The notes: generated by a model not told the origin, from the sequence alone. Numbered from the stretch's first letter, positions 50,748-61,523 are shown. The stretch is 64,000 nt of DNA from an uncultured Methylomirabilota bacterium (GCA_963845565.1 CAWJSJ010000002.1:1440001-1504000), one strand, 5' to 3'. Made by a program: numbers and translations.

Positions 50748-52090
50748 ATGGACTATCGGGAGTTGGCGAGTGAGGTGCTGAGGCAGGCGACGGCATCCGG
50801 GGCGAGCGGGGCGGAGGTGGGCATCGTCGAGGACGAGTCCTTCTCGGTGCTCGTGCGCATGCGGGGTGTGGACACCGTGAAGAGTGCCCTGGAGAAGCGC
50901 CTGGGCCTGCGACTGTTCCTGGGTCGGCGTTCGGCTACGACGGCCACCTCGGACTTCTCCCCGGCCGCGCTTGACCGGCTGGTTGCGGACACGCTGGCCA
51001 TGGCCCGGGCCACACCCGAGGACCCCTTCGGAGGTCTGCCGGATTCGAGCGCGTTTGCCGCCGAACTGCCGGACCTCGACCTCTGGGACGCCGAGGCGCC
51101 AAGGCTCTCCATCCCCGACCGCATTTGCCTGGCCGGCAAGGCCGAGTCTGCCGCGTTGAGCTTCGACCCTCGGATCACCAACTCGGAGGGTTCGGAATAC
51201 GGGCACGAGGACGCTCGCGTCTTCTTCGCCAACAGTCATGGATTCACGGGAGAGTACCGGGCCTCCTCGGTGGTGCTTTCTGCGACCCCTGTGGCGAAGG
51301 ACGACGCGGGAATGCAGCGGGATGCGTGGTACTCCGTCCAGCGCCGGCTCTGCCGCCTGGATTCGCCAGAGTCGGTCGGGCGGACCGCCGCGCGGCGCAC
51401 CCTGCGACGCCTGGGGGCGAGAAAGGTGGCCACCCAGGAGGTACCGGTCGTCTTCGATCCCGACATGGCGGCAAGCCTCATGAGGAGCGTGTGCGGGGCG
51501 GTGTCGGGATCGGCGATCTATCGGGGTGCGTCGTTCCTGGCGGGAAAGCTGGGGCAGCAGGTGGCCGCGACCGGTCTCACACTGGTGGACGATGGCCGGA
51601 TGCCGGGGGGCTCGGTTCGCGACCGTTCGACGGCGAAGGGTTGCCCACCCGGCGCACCATGGTCATCGAGAACGGGAAACTGGCCAGCTACCTCTTGGAC
51701 ACCTACACGGGACGGAAGCTCGGATTGGCCTCGACCGGAAACGCCTCGCGGTCGCTCGGCCAGCGGCCCACGGTGGGGCCGATGAACTTCTACGCGCCGC
51801 CTGGGCTGCACTTACCGGAGGAGATCATCCGATCGGTCGACCGGGGACTCTACGTCACGGAGATGATCGGATTCGGCGTCAACCTGGTGACCGGCGACTA
51901 TTCGCGGGGCGCGGTCGGTCTGTGGATCGAGAAGGGGGAGCTTGCCTATCCCGTGGAGGAGATCACGATCGCCGGGAACCTCAAGGACATGCTGTGCGGA
52001 ATCGAGATGATCGGGAACGACTTGGAGTGGCGGGGCGCGGTGGCGGCCCCGACGCTCAAGATCGGGCGGATGACCGTCGCCGGGAACTGA
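50748..52090 (+). CDS. pmbA: TldE/PmbA (frameshift in G-run 51605-51610)
   Basis: DPRITNS, SRPFDGEG, STGNA, TGDYSRG, EITIAGNL. Confidence 0.9.
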
Positions 52091-52232
52091 CCCGGCGCCA
52101 TGAGACGCAGAGAATCGGCACAGGATGTTCGATGCCTATCCTGTACAAAGATGTCGCCTCGACAGTGGGGATAGCTGCTGACGCGAAGCCATGGAGGGAA
52201 AGGGGATTCCGCACGCGTGCGGAGGCGTCGTC

Positions 52233-53720
52233 GTGAAACTGCTGCTGATCAACTCCAACAGTTTCAAGCAGCCCTGGCCGGTGATTCCCCATGGCCTGTG
52301 TTGCGTGGCTGCATCGGCGGAGGAGGCCGGGCATGAGGTAAAGCTCCTCGATCTATGCTTCGCGGAGCATCCACAGAAAGAGATCGTCAACACCGTTGAC
52401 GCCTTCACGCCCGACGTCATCGGGGTCAGCGTCCGCAATATCGACAACGCCGTCGCACTCAAGACACGATTCCTGCTTGAGGATATCCGGGAGCGCGTCA
52501 TCCGTCCCTGCCGAGAGTGTTTCGCCGGACCGGTGCTGATCGGCGGCCCTGCGGTTGGGGTCAACGGACGGGAGATGCTGCACTATTTCGACGTTGAATA
52601 CGCGTTACGCGGCGATGGGGAGCTGGCGATTGTCGAGTTCCTGAGCAGGCTGGAGAGCGGTGCCCCGCTCGGCAACATGTCGGGCCTGATCATCCGGAAG
52701 GAGGGACGGATCGTCTCCGACAACGAGCCGATGAGGATCGAAGACCTGAATGCCCTACCCCGTGTCAGTCCTTCCCGCTATGTAGATGTTCGCGCATACA
52801 GCCGCGTCAATTCTCCCCTCCAGATCCAGACGAAGAGGGGCTGCGCCCTGCGCTGCTCCTACTGCACCTACAACCGCATCGAAGGCTGCTCCTACCGGCT
52901 CCGGAATCCGTCCGTCGTCGCCGATGAGATCGAGCGGCTCGTGAAGGAAACCGGCATCCACAGGATCGAATTCGTGGACAGTACCTTCAATATCCCCCTT
53001 GGCCATGCGAAGGCCGTCCTGAGAGAGCTCATTCGAAAGGACCTTGATCTCGATCTCCTTGCCATGGGGTTGAACCCCGGCGCGGTAGACGGGGAGCTGG
53101 TCGATCTGATGAAGGAGTCAGGATTTCGCGAAGTCGACCTCGGCGTCGACGCCGGGTGCGACGCCATGCTGAAAAGCCTCGGCAAGAGTTTTCTGAAGGA
53201 GGATGTGCTGAGGGCGGCAGAACTCCTTCGCAACAGAAACATCCCGGTGAAGTGGTTCCTGCTCCTCGGCGCGCCGGGGGAAACCCGGGACACCCTTCGC
53301 GAGACCTTCGACACCGTCCGGCATGCCGCATCTCCCTGGGACCTGATCGTCATCGCCGTGGGCATGCGCGTCTACAACGGCTCCGCCATTGCGGAACAGG
53401 TCCGCGTCGAAAAGCCGTTGTCGGCACAAGACAACTTCTTCTTTCCTGTGTCTCTGCCAGAGGGCACGACGATCGATCTCAAGGAACTGAAGCAGATCGC
53501 GAAGCTCGAATCTTTCCGGAGGCCCAATTTCTTCCTCTTCGGCGACGACGAAAAAACACCGTTGTCCGTGCTCGCCGTCGGAACGGCGCTGATGAAGGTG
53601 CTCTCGCCCCATCAACCGCTCTGGCGACTGTTCATCCTGAGGAGGAAGATCGAGTCCTTCATCGGTGTGCGTCGATGGCAAGAGCGGCGGTTCCGGAAGC
53701 ATATCGCTTCGCATGCCTGA
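52233..53720 (+). CDS. B12-binding radical SAM protein
   Basis: N-terminal cobalamin-binding region (LDLCF, SVRNID), QTKRGC-x3-C-x2-C. Confidence 0.9.
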   Translation: MKLLLINSNSFKQPWPVIPHGLCCVAASAEEAGHEVKLLDLCFAEHPQKEIVNTVDAFTPDVIGVSVRNIDNAVALKTRFLLEDIRERVIRPCRECFAGPVLIGGPAVGVNGREMLHYFDVEYALRGDGELAIVEFLSRLESGAPLGNMSGLIIRKEGRIVSDNEPMRIEDLNALPRVSPSRYVDVRAYSRVNSPLQIQTKRGCALRCSYCTYNRIEGCSYRLRNPSVVADEIERLVKETGIHRIEFVDSTFNIPLGHAKAVLRELIRKDLDLDLLAMGLNPGAVDGELVDLMKESGFREVDLGVDAGCDAMLKSLGKSFLKEDVLRAAELLRNRNIPVKWFLLLGAPGETRDTLRETFDTVRHAASPWDLIVIAVGMRVYNGSAIAEQVRVEKPLSAQDNFFFPVSLPEGTTIDLKELKQIAKLESFRRPNFFLFGDDEKTPLSVLAVGTALMKVLSPHQPLWRLFILRRKIESFIGVRRWQERRFRKHIASHA

Positions 53721-53881
53721 ATAGTGTCCTCTGGAAGAGCGAAGCAGATTTCGTCCGTTGGACCGAGAGCGAGGACTTTCGCCACGCGCACGCCAATCGC
53801 CCACCCAAGGAGATGTTCGCCGGCCCCAACGTCTTCGAGATGCACGAGGTGATTCAGGCAACCGCCGCGCCAATTGCATGA
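53717..53881 (+). pseudogene. 3' remnant of an ABM/IsdG-like monooxygenase
   Basis: VLWKSEADFVRWTESEDFRHAHA...EMHEV with no N-terminal half. Confidence 0.65.
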
Positions 53882-53925
53882 TCGGTTGTGGGGCGCCCAC
53901 CGTCCGCTACGGTTAATCGTCTCTC

Positions 53926-53954
53926 TTGACAGCGCCAGACCGACTTCGTACAGT
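53926..53954 (+). promoter_or_regulatory. sigma70-type promoter for modABC
   Basis: TTGACA-17bp-TACAGT. Confidence 0.6.
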
Positions 53955-53993
53955 GACAGCGATTCAGAGATAGGCTGATCGGGGGCGGGCGCG

Positions 53994-54785
53994 ATGATGA
54001 TCGGTGCCCTGTGGATGCGTTTCTCTGTCGCGATTCTGTGTTGGTTGTGTCTGATCTGCGGTGGCCTTCCGGCTAACGCCGGGGAGTTGCTGGTTTCGTC
54101 CGCCGTCAGTCTGAAGGAGGCTGTGGAGGCCGCCGGGCGACGCTTCCAGGGCGACCGGACCGGCCTCCTCCTCCGGTACAATTTCGGCGCCTCCGGCGAA
54201 CTGCGGCAACAGATCGAGGGAGGTGCGCCGGTCGACGTGTTTCTCTCGGCCGGGCAATCCGAAATGGACGCGCTGGAACGCAAGGGGTTTCTCGTCGCCG
54301 GGAGCCGCCGCGTCCTGGCGCGCAACAGTTTGGTGGTCATCGTGCCTGTCGGTTCCACCATAAGCCTGTCTCGCCCGTCCGATCTGCTCCGGCGCGAGGT
54401 CGGTCGCCTGGCTGTCGGGAACCCGAAGACCGTTCCGGCCGGTCAATACGCGGAAGAGTGCCTGAGGACGCTGAACCTTTGGGAGGCGCTCCGGCCTCGC
54501 CTCGTTCTGGGCGAGAACGTGCGACAAGTGTTGGAATATGTGGCGCGGGGCGAGGCGGATGCGGGTGTCGTGTACGCGACGGACATTGCGGCGCACGGGG
54601 AACGCGTGCGGGAGGCGCTCCGGCCGCCACCGGAAAGCCATCGGCCGATCGTCTATCCTGCGGCGGTCGTCGCTGAGTCCGGGGCGCCTCAGGTGGCGGC
54701 CGCATTTGTGGATTTCCTGGTCGCCCCCGAGGGCCAGGCGATCTTGGCCCGCCGCGGATTCCTCGTCACGGGTCCAGCTCGATGA
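53994..54785 (+). CDS. modA: Molybdate ABC transporter substrate-binding protein
   Basis: SAVSL, FGASG.L..QIE.GAP.DVF.SA, VPAGQYA, GVVYATD. Confidence 0.95.
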   Translation: MMIGALWMRFSVAILCWLCLICGGLPANAGELLVSSAVSLKEAVEAAGRRFQGDRTGLLLRYNFGASGELRQQIEGGAPVDVFLSAGQSEMDALERKGFLVAGSRRVLARNSLVVIVPVGSTISLSRPSDLLRREVGRLAVGNPKTVPAGQYAEECLRTLNLWEALRPRLVLGENVRQVLEYVARGEADAGVVYATDIAAHGERVREALRPPPESHRPIVYPAAVVAESGAPQVAAAFVDFLVAPEGQAILARRGFLVTGPAR

Positions 54786-55447
54786 GTCCGGAGAGCCTTA
54801 GCGCGCTCTGGCTCTCGGTCCGTGTGGCGTCTGTCGCCACGCTGCTGAACGCCCTGGTGGGGATTCCCCTCGCCTTCCTCCTCGCGCGCAAACCATTTCG
54901 TCTTCGCGGGCTGGTGGATCTGGTCATTTCCTTGCCACTGGTCCTGCCCCCTACGGTCACCGGTTATTACCTCATCGTCCTTCTCGGCCGGCGCGGCTGG
55001 CTCGGCGCTCCTCTGTACGCGCTCACCGGCTGGAGCGTGACGTTCACCTGGTACGCCGCGGTGGTCGCCGCGGCGGTGATGGCCCTCCCGCTTCTTGTCC
55101 GCACGGCCCGTGCCGCCATCGAGTCCGTGGATCGCGATCTGGAGCGCGCCGCCTTCACGTTGGGCCACTCCGAATGGCGCACGGCGATCGAGGTCACGCT
55201 GCCCCTGGCCCGAAACGGAATCCTGGCCGGACTGGTCCTGGCGTTTGCGCGGGCGCTGGGAGAGTTCGGAGCGACGTTGATGCTGGCTGGAAACATCCCA
55301 GGGCGGACGACGACCGTTCCGCTGGCGATCTACACGGCGGTGCAGACCGGAGAAAGCGCCGAGGCGCTCGCCCTGGTGGCGGCGCTCACGGCGATTTCGT
55401 GCGCCGTCATTTTTCTGGCCGGCCGACTGGGAGCGGCGACGACGTGA
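54782..55447 (+). CDS. modB: Molybdate ABC transporter permease
   Basis: LPLVLPPTV.G, FARALGEFGAT. Confidence 0.95.
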   Translation: MSPESLSALWLSVRVASVATLLNALVGIPLAFLLARKPFRLRGLVDLVISLPLVLPPTVTGYYLIVLLGRRGWLGAPLYALTGWSVTFTWYAAVVAAAVMALPLLVRTARAAIESVDRDLERAAFTLGHSEWRTAIEVTLPLARNGILAGLVLAFARALGEFGATLMLAGNIPGRTTTVPLAIYTAVQTGESAEALALVAALTAISCAVIFLAGRLGAATT

Positions 55448-56571
55448 GCGATCGGCTGGACGTGGCGATTCGCGCCATCCGGGGCGCCTTCACTCTCGAC
55501 GTCGCTTGGACGGCGGGAGACGGCGTCAGCGTGCTCTTTGGACCGTCCGGATCCGGGAAGACGCTGACCCTCCAATGTCTCGCAGGGCTCATGCGCCCCG
55601 AAGCGGGCCGCATCGCGGTGGACGGACGGGTTCTCTTCGATGCGGCGCGGGGAATTCATGTGCCGCCGCAGCTTCGACGCGTCGGTTACGTCTTCCAGGG
55701 GTATGCCCTGTTCCCTCACCTCAGCGTGCGGGCGAACGTTGCCTTTGGGCTCCGGGATCACGCGCGGGCCGACCGTGATCGACGCACGTCCGAAGCGATT
55801 GAACGACTCGGCCTCCGAGGCCTGGAGGACCGACATCCGCGGGAGTTGTCGGGCGGGCAACGGCAACGTGTGGCCTTGGCCAGAGCTCTTGCCATCGAGC
55901 CGGCCCTCGTGCTGCTCGACGAGCCACTTTCCGCCCTCGACCTCCCCCTCCGCCGCGCTCTCCGCGACGAGCTCCAGACAATTCTGGCGGATTGGCGGGT
56001 ACCGACCGTGCTCGTGACGCACGATTTCGCCGAGGCGTACCAGCTCGGCGATCGCGTCCTGGTCTACGAAGAGGGGCGTGTCCGTCAGTCCGCCCTGCGC
56101 GGGGACCTCTTGCGGCGGCCGGCGTCGGAGTCCGTGGCCCGCATCCTGGGATTTCGCAACGTGCTGCGCGGGGTCATCAGAGAGGTGACGGCTGATCATG
56201 TCCGCCTGGAATGGCGCGGCCAGATCCTCGAAGCACGAAACTCGGGCGACACGTTCTTGGGAGTATCGGCGGGTGCGCCGGTGTCATTTTTCGTCCGCCC
56301 CGAGGACCCACGGCTTCTCCGGAAGGACGGCCCCCCGCCAAATCCGGCGCATCATGCCAACATCTTGAAGGGGCGCGTGGTCCGCGAGGCGGACCTCGGC
56401 GTCACGCGGTCACTCTTGCTGCGCCTCGACGAGTCTGGGCCGCCCGCCCAGGGAGACTACGACTTGGAGATCGAGGTCCCACAATTCGTCTACGAGGTTC
56501 TCAACCTCGACGAGGACCAGCACTGGGAGTTCTCGATCCACCGCGGGTCCATCCACTTCCTGCCGTCCTGA
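55444..56571 (+). CDS. modC: Molybdate ABC transporter ATP-binding protein
   Basis: GPSGSGKT, LSGGQRQR, LLDEP. Confidence 0.92.
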   Translation: MSDRLDVAIRAIRGAFTLDVAWTAGDGVSVLFGPSGSGKTLTLQCLAGLMRPEAGRIAVDGRVLFDAARGIHVPPQLRRVGYVFQGYALFPHLSVRANVAFGLRDHARADRDRRTSEAIERLGLRGLEDRHPRELSGGQRQRVALARALAIEPALVLLDEPLSALDLPLRRALRDELQTILADWRVPTVLVTHDFAEAYQLGDRVLVYEEGRVRQSALRGDLLRRPASESVARILGFRNVLRGVIREVTADHVRLEWRGQILEARNSGDTFLGVSAGAPVSFFVRPEDPRLLRKDGPPPNPAHHANILKGRVVREADLGVTRSLLLRLDESGPPAQGDYDLEIEVPQFVYEVLNLDEDQHWEFSIHRGSIHFLPS

Positions 56572-56636
56572 AAGAGTATCGAGACCGGACCGAAAGATTT
56601 TCCGGAAGGATTGCATGGCGTCGCTGCCGTGCAAAT

Positions 56637-57323
56637 TTACGCAGATCCCCGCACAGGCCGGGCGGGTTGCACACCACGAGGCTCCACGGCCCCTTCGACC
56701 CATTCGATGAACTGGGCCACGGTGTCAAAGACGGCCAGGGGCTCGAGGGTGCGGAGCGCTGCGGCGTCCGACCGTTTCTCCCAGGCGGCTGCCAGAGGGA
56801 GGACACCGACGGTCCGGGATGCGTCGATATCCGACGGGACGTCGCCGAGATAGGCGACGCGATCCGGCGTGACCCCCCAATTCGCCAATACCCGCCGGAG
56901 ACAGCGAGGCTTGACGCTTCCCTCGGGGGATCCCGTCTCGACGGTGTCGAAGTAGCGGCCGAGGCCAAGCTGCGCCAGGGAAATGGCGGTACTCTGCGCA
57001 CCCTTTCCGGTAACGACGGCCAGGGGAATCCGGCGAGCCCGGAGGGTGTCGAGTGCGGCCTCGATGCCGGGGAAAAGCCGGGCAAGACGGCGATGCTCCC
57101 GCTCGTACGCCGTGAGATACCGTTGCAGGCACTCCTCCCACCGGTCGGGTACCCACCGCTTGAACATGCCGTCCTCGCTGGGTCCGAAGTGGGCCAGGAT
57201 CTCCTCATCGCTGAAGGAGCGGCTCGTGCAGGCCAGGAGGGCTTCCCGGAAGGCGGCGAAGCAGACGGCGAAGGTGTCGGTGAGGGTGCCGTCCAGGTCG
57301 AAGATCATGCCGTCGAGCTGCAT
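56637..57323 (-). CDS. HAD family hydrolase
   Basis: FDLDGTL, VVTGK, KP, GD...D motifs. Confidence 0.9.
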   Translation of the reverse strand: MQLDGMIFDLDGTLTDTFAVCFAAFREALLACTSRSFSDEEILAHFGPSEDGMFKRWVPDRWEECLQRYLTAYEREHRRLARLFPGIEAALDTLRARRIPLAVVTGKGAQSTAISLAQLGLGRYFDTVETGSPEGSVKPRCLRRVLANWGVTPDRVAYLGDVPSDIDASRTVGVLPLAAAWEKRSDAAALRTLEPLAVFDTVAQFIEWVEGAVEPRGVQPARPVRGSA

Positions 57324-57490
57324 TCTTGCTCCCTGTTCTCGGTTGTTGAGCACGAAGCGATTGAGTTTTCGGTCCCCGAGCCCCCACTCTTCTTCCTTTG
57401 GGGCTGGCCTGTGCCCGCTGCGAATTGCTCTCCGCAGGCGGGGCCAACAGGCCGCCTAAAGCGGCAGCCACGCATCGCGTCCGCGACGGG

Positions 57491-58810
57491 CTACCACAAT
57501 GCGAACCACCAGCCCGCCGGTTGCCAGAGGGCGCCCTGGAGGCGCAACACCATGAGGGTGAACTCCCGGTACTCGGCAGCGGTGGGGGCGGCGCCGGCCT
57601 CCCAGGCGTGCAGGAGTGCCTGGGCGCGGCCGCGATCGGCAATCAGGGCGTGGCGCAAGAGCCATGGAAATTGGGAGCCGCTGCCGATACTGTCGTAAAG
57701 GCGAAGGACAGCGCGTGCGTCCGCCAGGGGATCGGCGACCATGTCGGTCCAGCCGAGCTCGTCCGGGCCCTCCGCGGCATGCACCAGCAGGCGGGTGACC
57801 CAACGGGTCAGGCGGGCGAGTTTTTCGTAGTCCAGGGTGTCGGGTGTGTCCTCGGCGGTGTGATACGTGGCAGCGCGGCCTGCCGTGATAAAGAGGAAGG
57901 GGCGCCGGCCCTGCTCCCGCAGGCCGTGATAGTCGCTTTGGGCGAAGCGGCGCCCGGGGAAAAACGGGTACGCTTCGATGAGCGGCAGGCCCAGAAGCAG
58001 AGGATCCACGCCCGGTTCCGGCAAGATACCTCGGGCCAGCCGGACCAACCCGGGGCTGGCCTCGGCGCCTAGCAGGAAGATTGCGTTGGCCAACCCCGCG
58101 TCGCGCACGGCCGGAGTCGGCCGCCCGGCCAGGAGGTCGAAGACGAGGGCGCAGTGGAGTGTGCTCAGCGGGAAGGGCGGGTGACGCCAGAACCACACCG
58201 ACCCCATGCGGTCGGTCCGGACTTCGGGTGGCTCCTCGGCGTCGGGGAACAACAGGACCACGTTGCGGCGGAGCGGCGGTCGGGCGCGCCCGAGGGCGTC
58301 GCCCAGCGCCAGCAGCATCGCCACGGCGCTGGCGTTGTCGTCTGCCCCCGGATACACCCTTCCGCTCCGCACGCCCAGATGGTCGTAATGGGCCACCAGG
58401 ACAATCCAGGAGGCTGTGGGTTCCGCTGCCGGCAGATAGGCGCCGACGTTCACGGCATAGGGGGGGCCTTCGCCGTGCTCCGAAAACGTCGGTTGCTCGA
58501 ATCCGCCGTGGAAGAGCGGCGTGAGGCCTGCGTGCAGCAGTCGCGAAACGATGTATGCCCGGGCCTGCGCATTGCCGGGGGTGCCGCGGCCGCGTCCTTC
58601 CATCTGGGGTGCCGCCAAGCGGTAGACGGCGGGTTCGATGCTCGCGGTGTCCAGGGCCTCGATCAGGGCGCTTTCGGCCGCCAGCGCCGGCGCGGGCGAG
58701 GGTTCCACCTTGGAGAGGGTGTCCACGAACCGGTAGGCGATCCCGTGGGAGCAGCCGAGGCCCCATCCGCTCAACAAAAGCACCCCCGCGAAGCAGGCGA
58801 GTCGGGTCAT
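57491..58810 (-). CDS. M28 family peptidase (probable lipoprotein)
   Basis: AHYDH, GADDNAS, DAEE, SDY, YHT.ED. Confidence 0.88.
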   Translation of the reverse strand: MTRLACFAGVLLLSGWGLGCSHGIAYRFVDTLSKVEPSPAPALAAESALIEALDTASIEPAVYRLAAPQMEGRGRGTPGNAQARAYIVSRLLHAGLTPLFHGGFEQPTFSEHGEGPPYAVNVGAYLPAAEPTASWIVLVAHYDHLGVRSGRVYPGADDNASAVAMLLALGDALGRARPPLRRNVVLLFPDAEEPPEVRTDRMGSVWFWRHPPFPLSTLHCALVFDLLAGRPTPAVRDAGLANAIFLLGAEASPGLVRLARGILPEPGVDPLLLGLPLIEAYPFFPGRRFAQSDYHGLREQGRRPFLFITAGRAATYHTAEDTPDTLDYEKLARLTRWVTRLLVHAAEGPDELGWTDMVADPLADARAVLRLYDSIGSGSQFPWLLRHALIADRGRAQALLHAWEAGAAPTAAEYREFTLMVLRLQGALWQPAGWWFALW

Positions 58811-59048
58811 ACCGCCGTCCGTCGAAAGCAGCCACACCGGCCCTGGCGCGTCACCCCGCTGGTGGCCTCTCGGCGGTTCGCCGGGACAGAAGTTCACCGC
58901 GTGGAAAGATGACGGATGCCTCACACGCTACCAGCGCCGGCAGGACGTGTCAAACGGAACGATTGCATAGGGCGCACGACTGAAATGTGATGACGTGCTG
59001 CATCATGCCGACGCGCCCCGCTCCCGGAAGTCCGGCCTGGGATTGCAC

Positions 59049-59077
59049 TTGACAAGGGGTGGGAATCCCCGTAAAGT
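59049..59077 (+). promoter_or_regulatory. sigma70-type promoter for rpsU
   Basis: TTGACA-17bp-TAAAGT. Confidence 0.65.
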
Positions 59078-59203
59078 CCAACCGTCTTCGGTTCAGACGG
59101 TTTCATCTTCGTTTTACCGCTGCGAGGACCCAAGCCTTGTGGCGGTAATTGTTTCTGGCGATGCTGGCCATCGAGCTGGTGGCGTATCGCCAAGGAGGTA
59201 CGG

Positions 59204-59485
59204 ATGACCTTCCGAGGTGGGCCGGGCGAGGGCGGGTCGAGTTTCGACGGCGGGAACGCGCCGCGACATCGTCCGCTCGAGGTGACCGTTGGGGATCGCG
59301 GGGTCGAAGGGGCGATCCGACTTTTCAAGCGGTTGGTCCTGAAGGACGGGATCTTGCGAGACCTGAAACGACGCGCCCATTTCGAGAAACCGGGCGATCG
59401 TCGCCGCCGCAAGGCACGGGAGGCCGTGCGTCGCCTTCGGAAACAACGGGTGCGGGCCCTCCAACGGGGGGAGCAACTCGAGTAA
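59204..59485 (+). CDS. rpsU: 30S ribosomal protein S21
   Basis: AIRLFKR...GIL.DLKRRAHFEKP; AGGAGG RBS. Confidence 0.88.
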   Translation: MTFRGGPGEGGSSFDGGNAPRHRPLEVTVGDRGVEGAIRLFKRLVLKDGILRDLKRRAHFEKPGDRRRRKAREAVRRLRKQRVRALQRGEQLE

Positions 59486-59611
59486 TTCGCGAGGCCGCGA
59501 GGCCTCGATCCGGTCGCAGCGGGAGCGGGCTGGGGCCGGAACGCACGTCAAAGATGGCCGCTCGCGATGGGGCAGTGTTCCGCGAGGGCGGGACGAAGGG
59601 GGTTGGGGATC

Positions 59612-59923
59612 ATGGGGACTCGGTTGTATGTCGGGAACCTGCCGTACAGTGCGGACGAGGAGCAGCTCAAGACCCTCTTTTCCGAGGGGGGGCGGCAGGT
59701 GACTGAAGTACGGATCGTCACCGATCGGGATACCGGCCGTCCGCGCGGCTTCGCGTTCGTGGAGATGGGAAGCCAGGCAGATGCCGACGCCGCCGTCAAC
59801 GCCCTGAACGGCAAAGACTTCGGCGGCCGAGCCTTGACCGTGAACGAAGCTCGCGAGCAGACGCCGCGCCGGGGCGGCGATTTCGGCGGCGGCGGACGGG
59901 GCGGCGGCGGACGGCGGTTCTAG
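59612..59923 (+). CDS. RRM RNA-binding protein
   Basis: LYVGNL (RNP2), RGFAFVEM (RNP1), Gly-rich tail. Confidence 0.95.
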   Translation: MGTRLYVGNLPYSADEEQLKTLFSEGGRQVTEVRIVTDRDTGRPRGFAFVEMGSQADADAAVNALNGKDFGGRALTVNEAREQTPRRGGDFGGGGRGGGGRRF

Positions 59924-60198
59924 ACGAACGCTTTCCGGCTTCGATCCAGCCCGAGTTCTCTTGCCGGTCGGTGCCCTCAGCGGCCCTTTCTTGATTCGGT
60001 CATTGAGTGCCGGGCGAATCCCCAGCCCGTGATCCCTTTGTCGCGGGCGACAGGTTTTGCCTGCGCCCGGATCGACCGGACCTTCCCACACCGATTCGTC
60101 CCCTTGATACCGTGACGACCCCCATCCGATGCCGTGCGCCCAACCCGTGGGGCCAAAGCGGTTCGCGCCCGGCGTGGAACGGCGGCGGAGAGGGATCG

Positions 60199-60606
60199 AT
60201 GGAATGCGTCTTCTGCTCGATCCGGGATGGGCAGGTCCCTGCCGTCGTGGTGGCCGAGGACGAGCGGGCGCTGGCCGTCATGGACATCAATCCCATCAAC
60301 GATGGCCATGTGCTGGTGATTCCCAGGGCCCACGCGGCGACGTTCTTCGAGATCGCCGAGGAGGATCTGATCGCCGCGATCCGGCTGGCCAAGCGGGTCG
60401 CTACCGGGATCCGGAAGGGGTTAGCGCCGGACGGCCTCAACCTGATCCAGAACAACGGGGCCGCCGCGTCCCAATCCGTGCCGCATTTTCACCTGCACCT
60501 GATCCCGCGCTGGCTGGACGACGGCAAGGGCCTCACCTGGGAACTGATCCCTGGAAGCCCGGCGCGGATCCGTCACATGGCAGACGCGATCCGGGCGGCC
60601 CTCTGA
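60199..60606 (+). CDS. HIT family protein
   Basis: CVFC, GHVLVIP, HFHLH triad. Confidence 0.93.
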   Translation: MECVFCSIRDGQVPAVVVAEDERALAVMDINPINDGHVLVIPRAHAATFFEIAEEDLIAAIRLAKRVATGIRKGLAPDGLNLIQNNGAAASQSVPHFHLHLIPRWLDDGKGLTWELIPGSPARIRHMADAIRAAL

Positions 60607-60607
60607 C

Positions 60608-60636
60608 TTGACAGGCTCTGGGGCGTGGGCTACCGT
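60608..60636 (+). promoter_or_regulatory. sigma70-type promoter for accD
   Basis: TTGACA-17bp-TACCGT. Confidence 0.5.
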
Positions 60637-60659
60637 AACCCGGACAAGCGGGGGGCGGC

Positions 60660-61523
60660 ATGGCGTGGTTCAAGAAAGAGCCGGCGACGACAGGGAAAGA
60701 CGCCAAGATCCGGATGCCCGAAGGGCTCTGGATCAAGTGCGAGGACTGCAAGGAGATCCTCTCCAAGCCCGAACTGGAGCAGAACCTGAACGTCTGCCCC
60801 CGCTGCCAGCGGCACTTCCGGATCGGCGCAAAAACCCGGGTGGACCTCTTGGCGGACCCGGACAGCTTCCGAGAAAGGGACGCCTCCCTCCGGTCGCTGG
60901 ATCCGCTGGGGTTCAAGGACCAGAAGAGCTATCTCGAGCGGCTCAAGACGGCCCGCAAGGCCACCGGGATGGAGGAAGGCCTCTTGAGCGGCACGGCGAC
61001 CATCGGCGGGTATCCGGTGAGCCTTGCCGTGATGGAATTCGACTTCATGGGCGGCAGCATGGGGTCGGCCGTGGGCGAAAAGGTGACGCGTGCCATCGAG
61101 CGGGCCATCGAGGTGCGGGCCGCATTCATTGCCGTGACCTGCTCGGGCGGCGCGCGCATGCAGGAGAGCGTTCTCTCGCTGATGCAGATGGCCAAGACCA
61201 GCGCGGCATTGGGCCGTTTGGCGAAGGCCGGCCTGCCCTATATCTCCATCCTGACCGACCCAACGACCGGCGGCGTGACGGCAAGCTACGCCATGCTGGG
61301 CGACATCCAGATCGCGGAGCCGAAGGCGCTGATCGGGTTCGCCGGCCCTCGCGTCATCCAGGATACCATCCGGCAGGAGCTGCCTGCAGGGTTCCAGCGG
61401 GCGGAGTTTCTGCTGGATCACGGCTTCGTGGACATGATCGTGGAACGGAAGAATCTGCGACCGGTTCTGATCCAGCTTCTGGGGTATTTTGCCGATGCCG
61501 CCGCCGAGGCGGTTCCGCAATAG
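60660..61523 (+). CDS. accD: Acetyl-CoA carboxylase carboxyltransferase beta subunit
   Basis: Zinc finger, FMGGSMG, SGGARMQE, IGFAGPRVI. Confidence 0.97.
   Translation: MAWFKKEPATTGKDAKIRMPEGLWIKCEDCKEILSKPELEQNLNVCPRCQRHFRIGAKTRVDLLADPDSFRERDASLRSLDPLGFKDQKSYLERLKTARKATGMEEGLLSGTATIGGYPVSLAVMEFDFMGGSMGSAVGEKVTRAIERAIEVRAAFIAVTCSGGARMQESVLSLMQMAKTSAALGRLAKAGLPYISILTDPTTGGVTASYAMLGDIQIAEPKALIGFAGPRVIQDTIRQELPAGFQRAEFLLDHGFVDMIVERKNLRPVLIQLLGYFADAAAEAVPQ

Noticed and set aside
51600..51615. Programmed frameshift or phase variation in pmbA
   Set aside because: Short G6 run; assembly error is more parsimonious given eight other indels
59156..59192. Fluoride riboswitch-like GGCGATG
   Set aside because: Only a simple hairpin; the GCTGATGAC..CTAC part is missing
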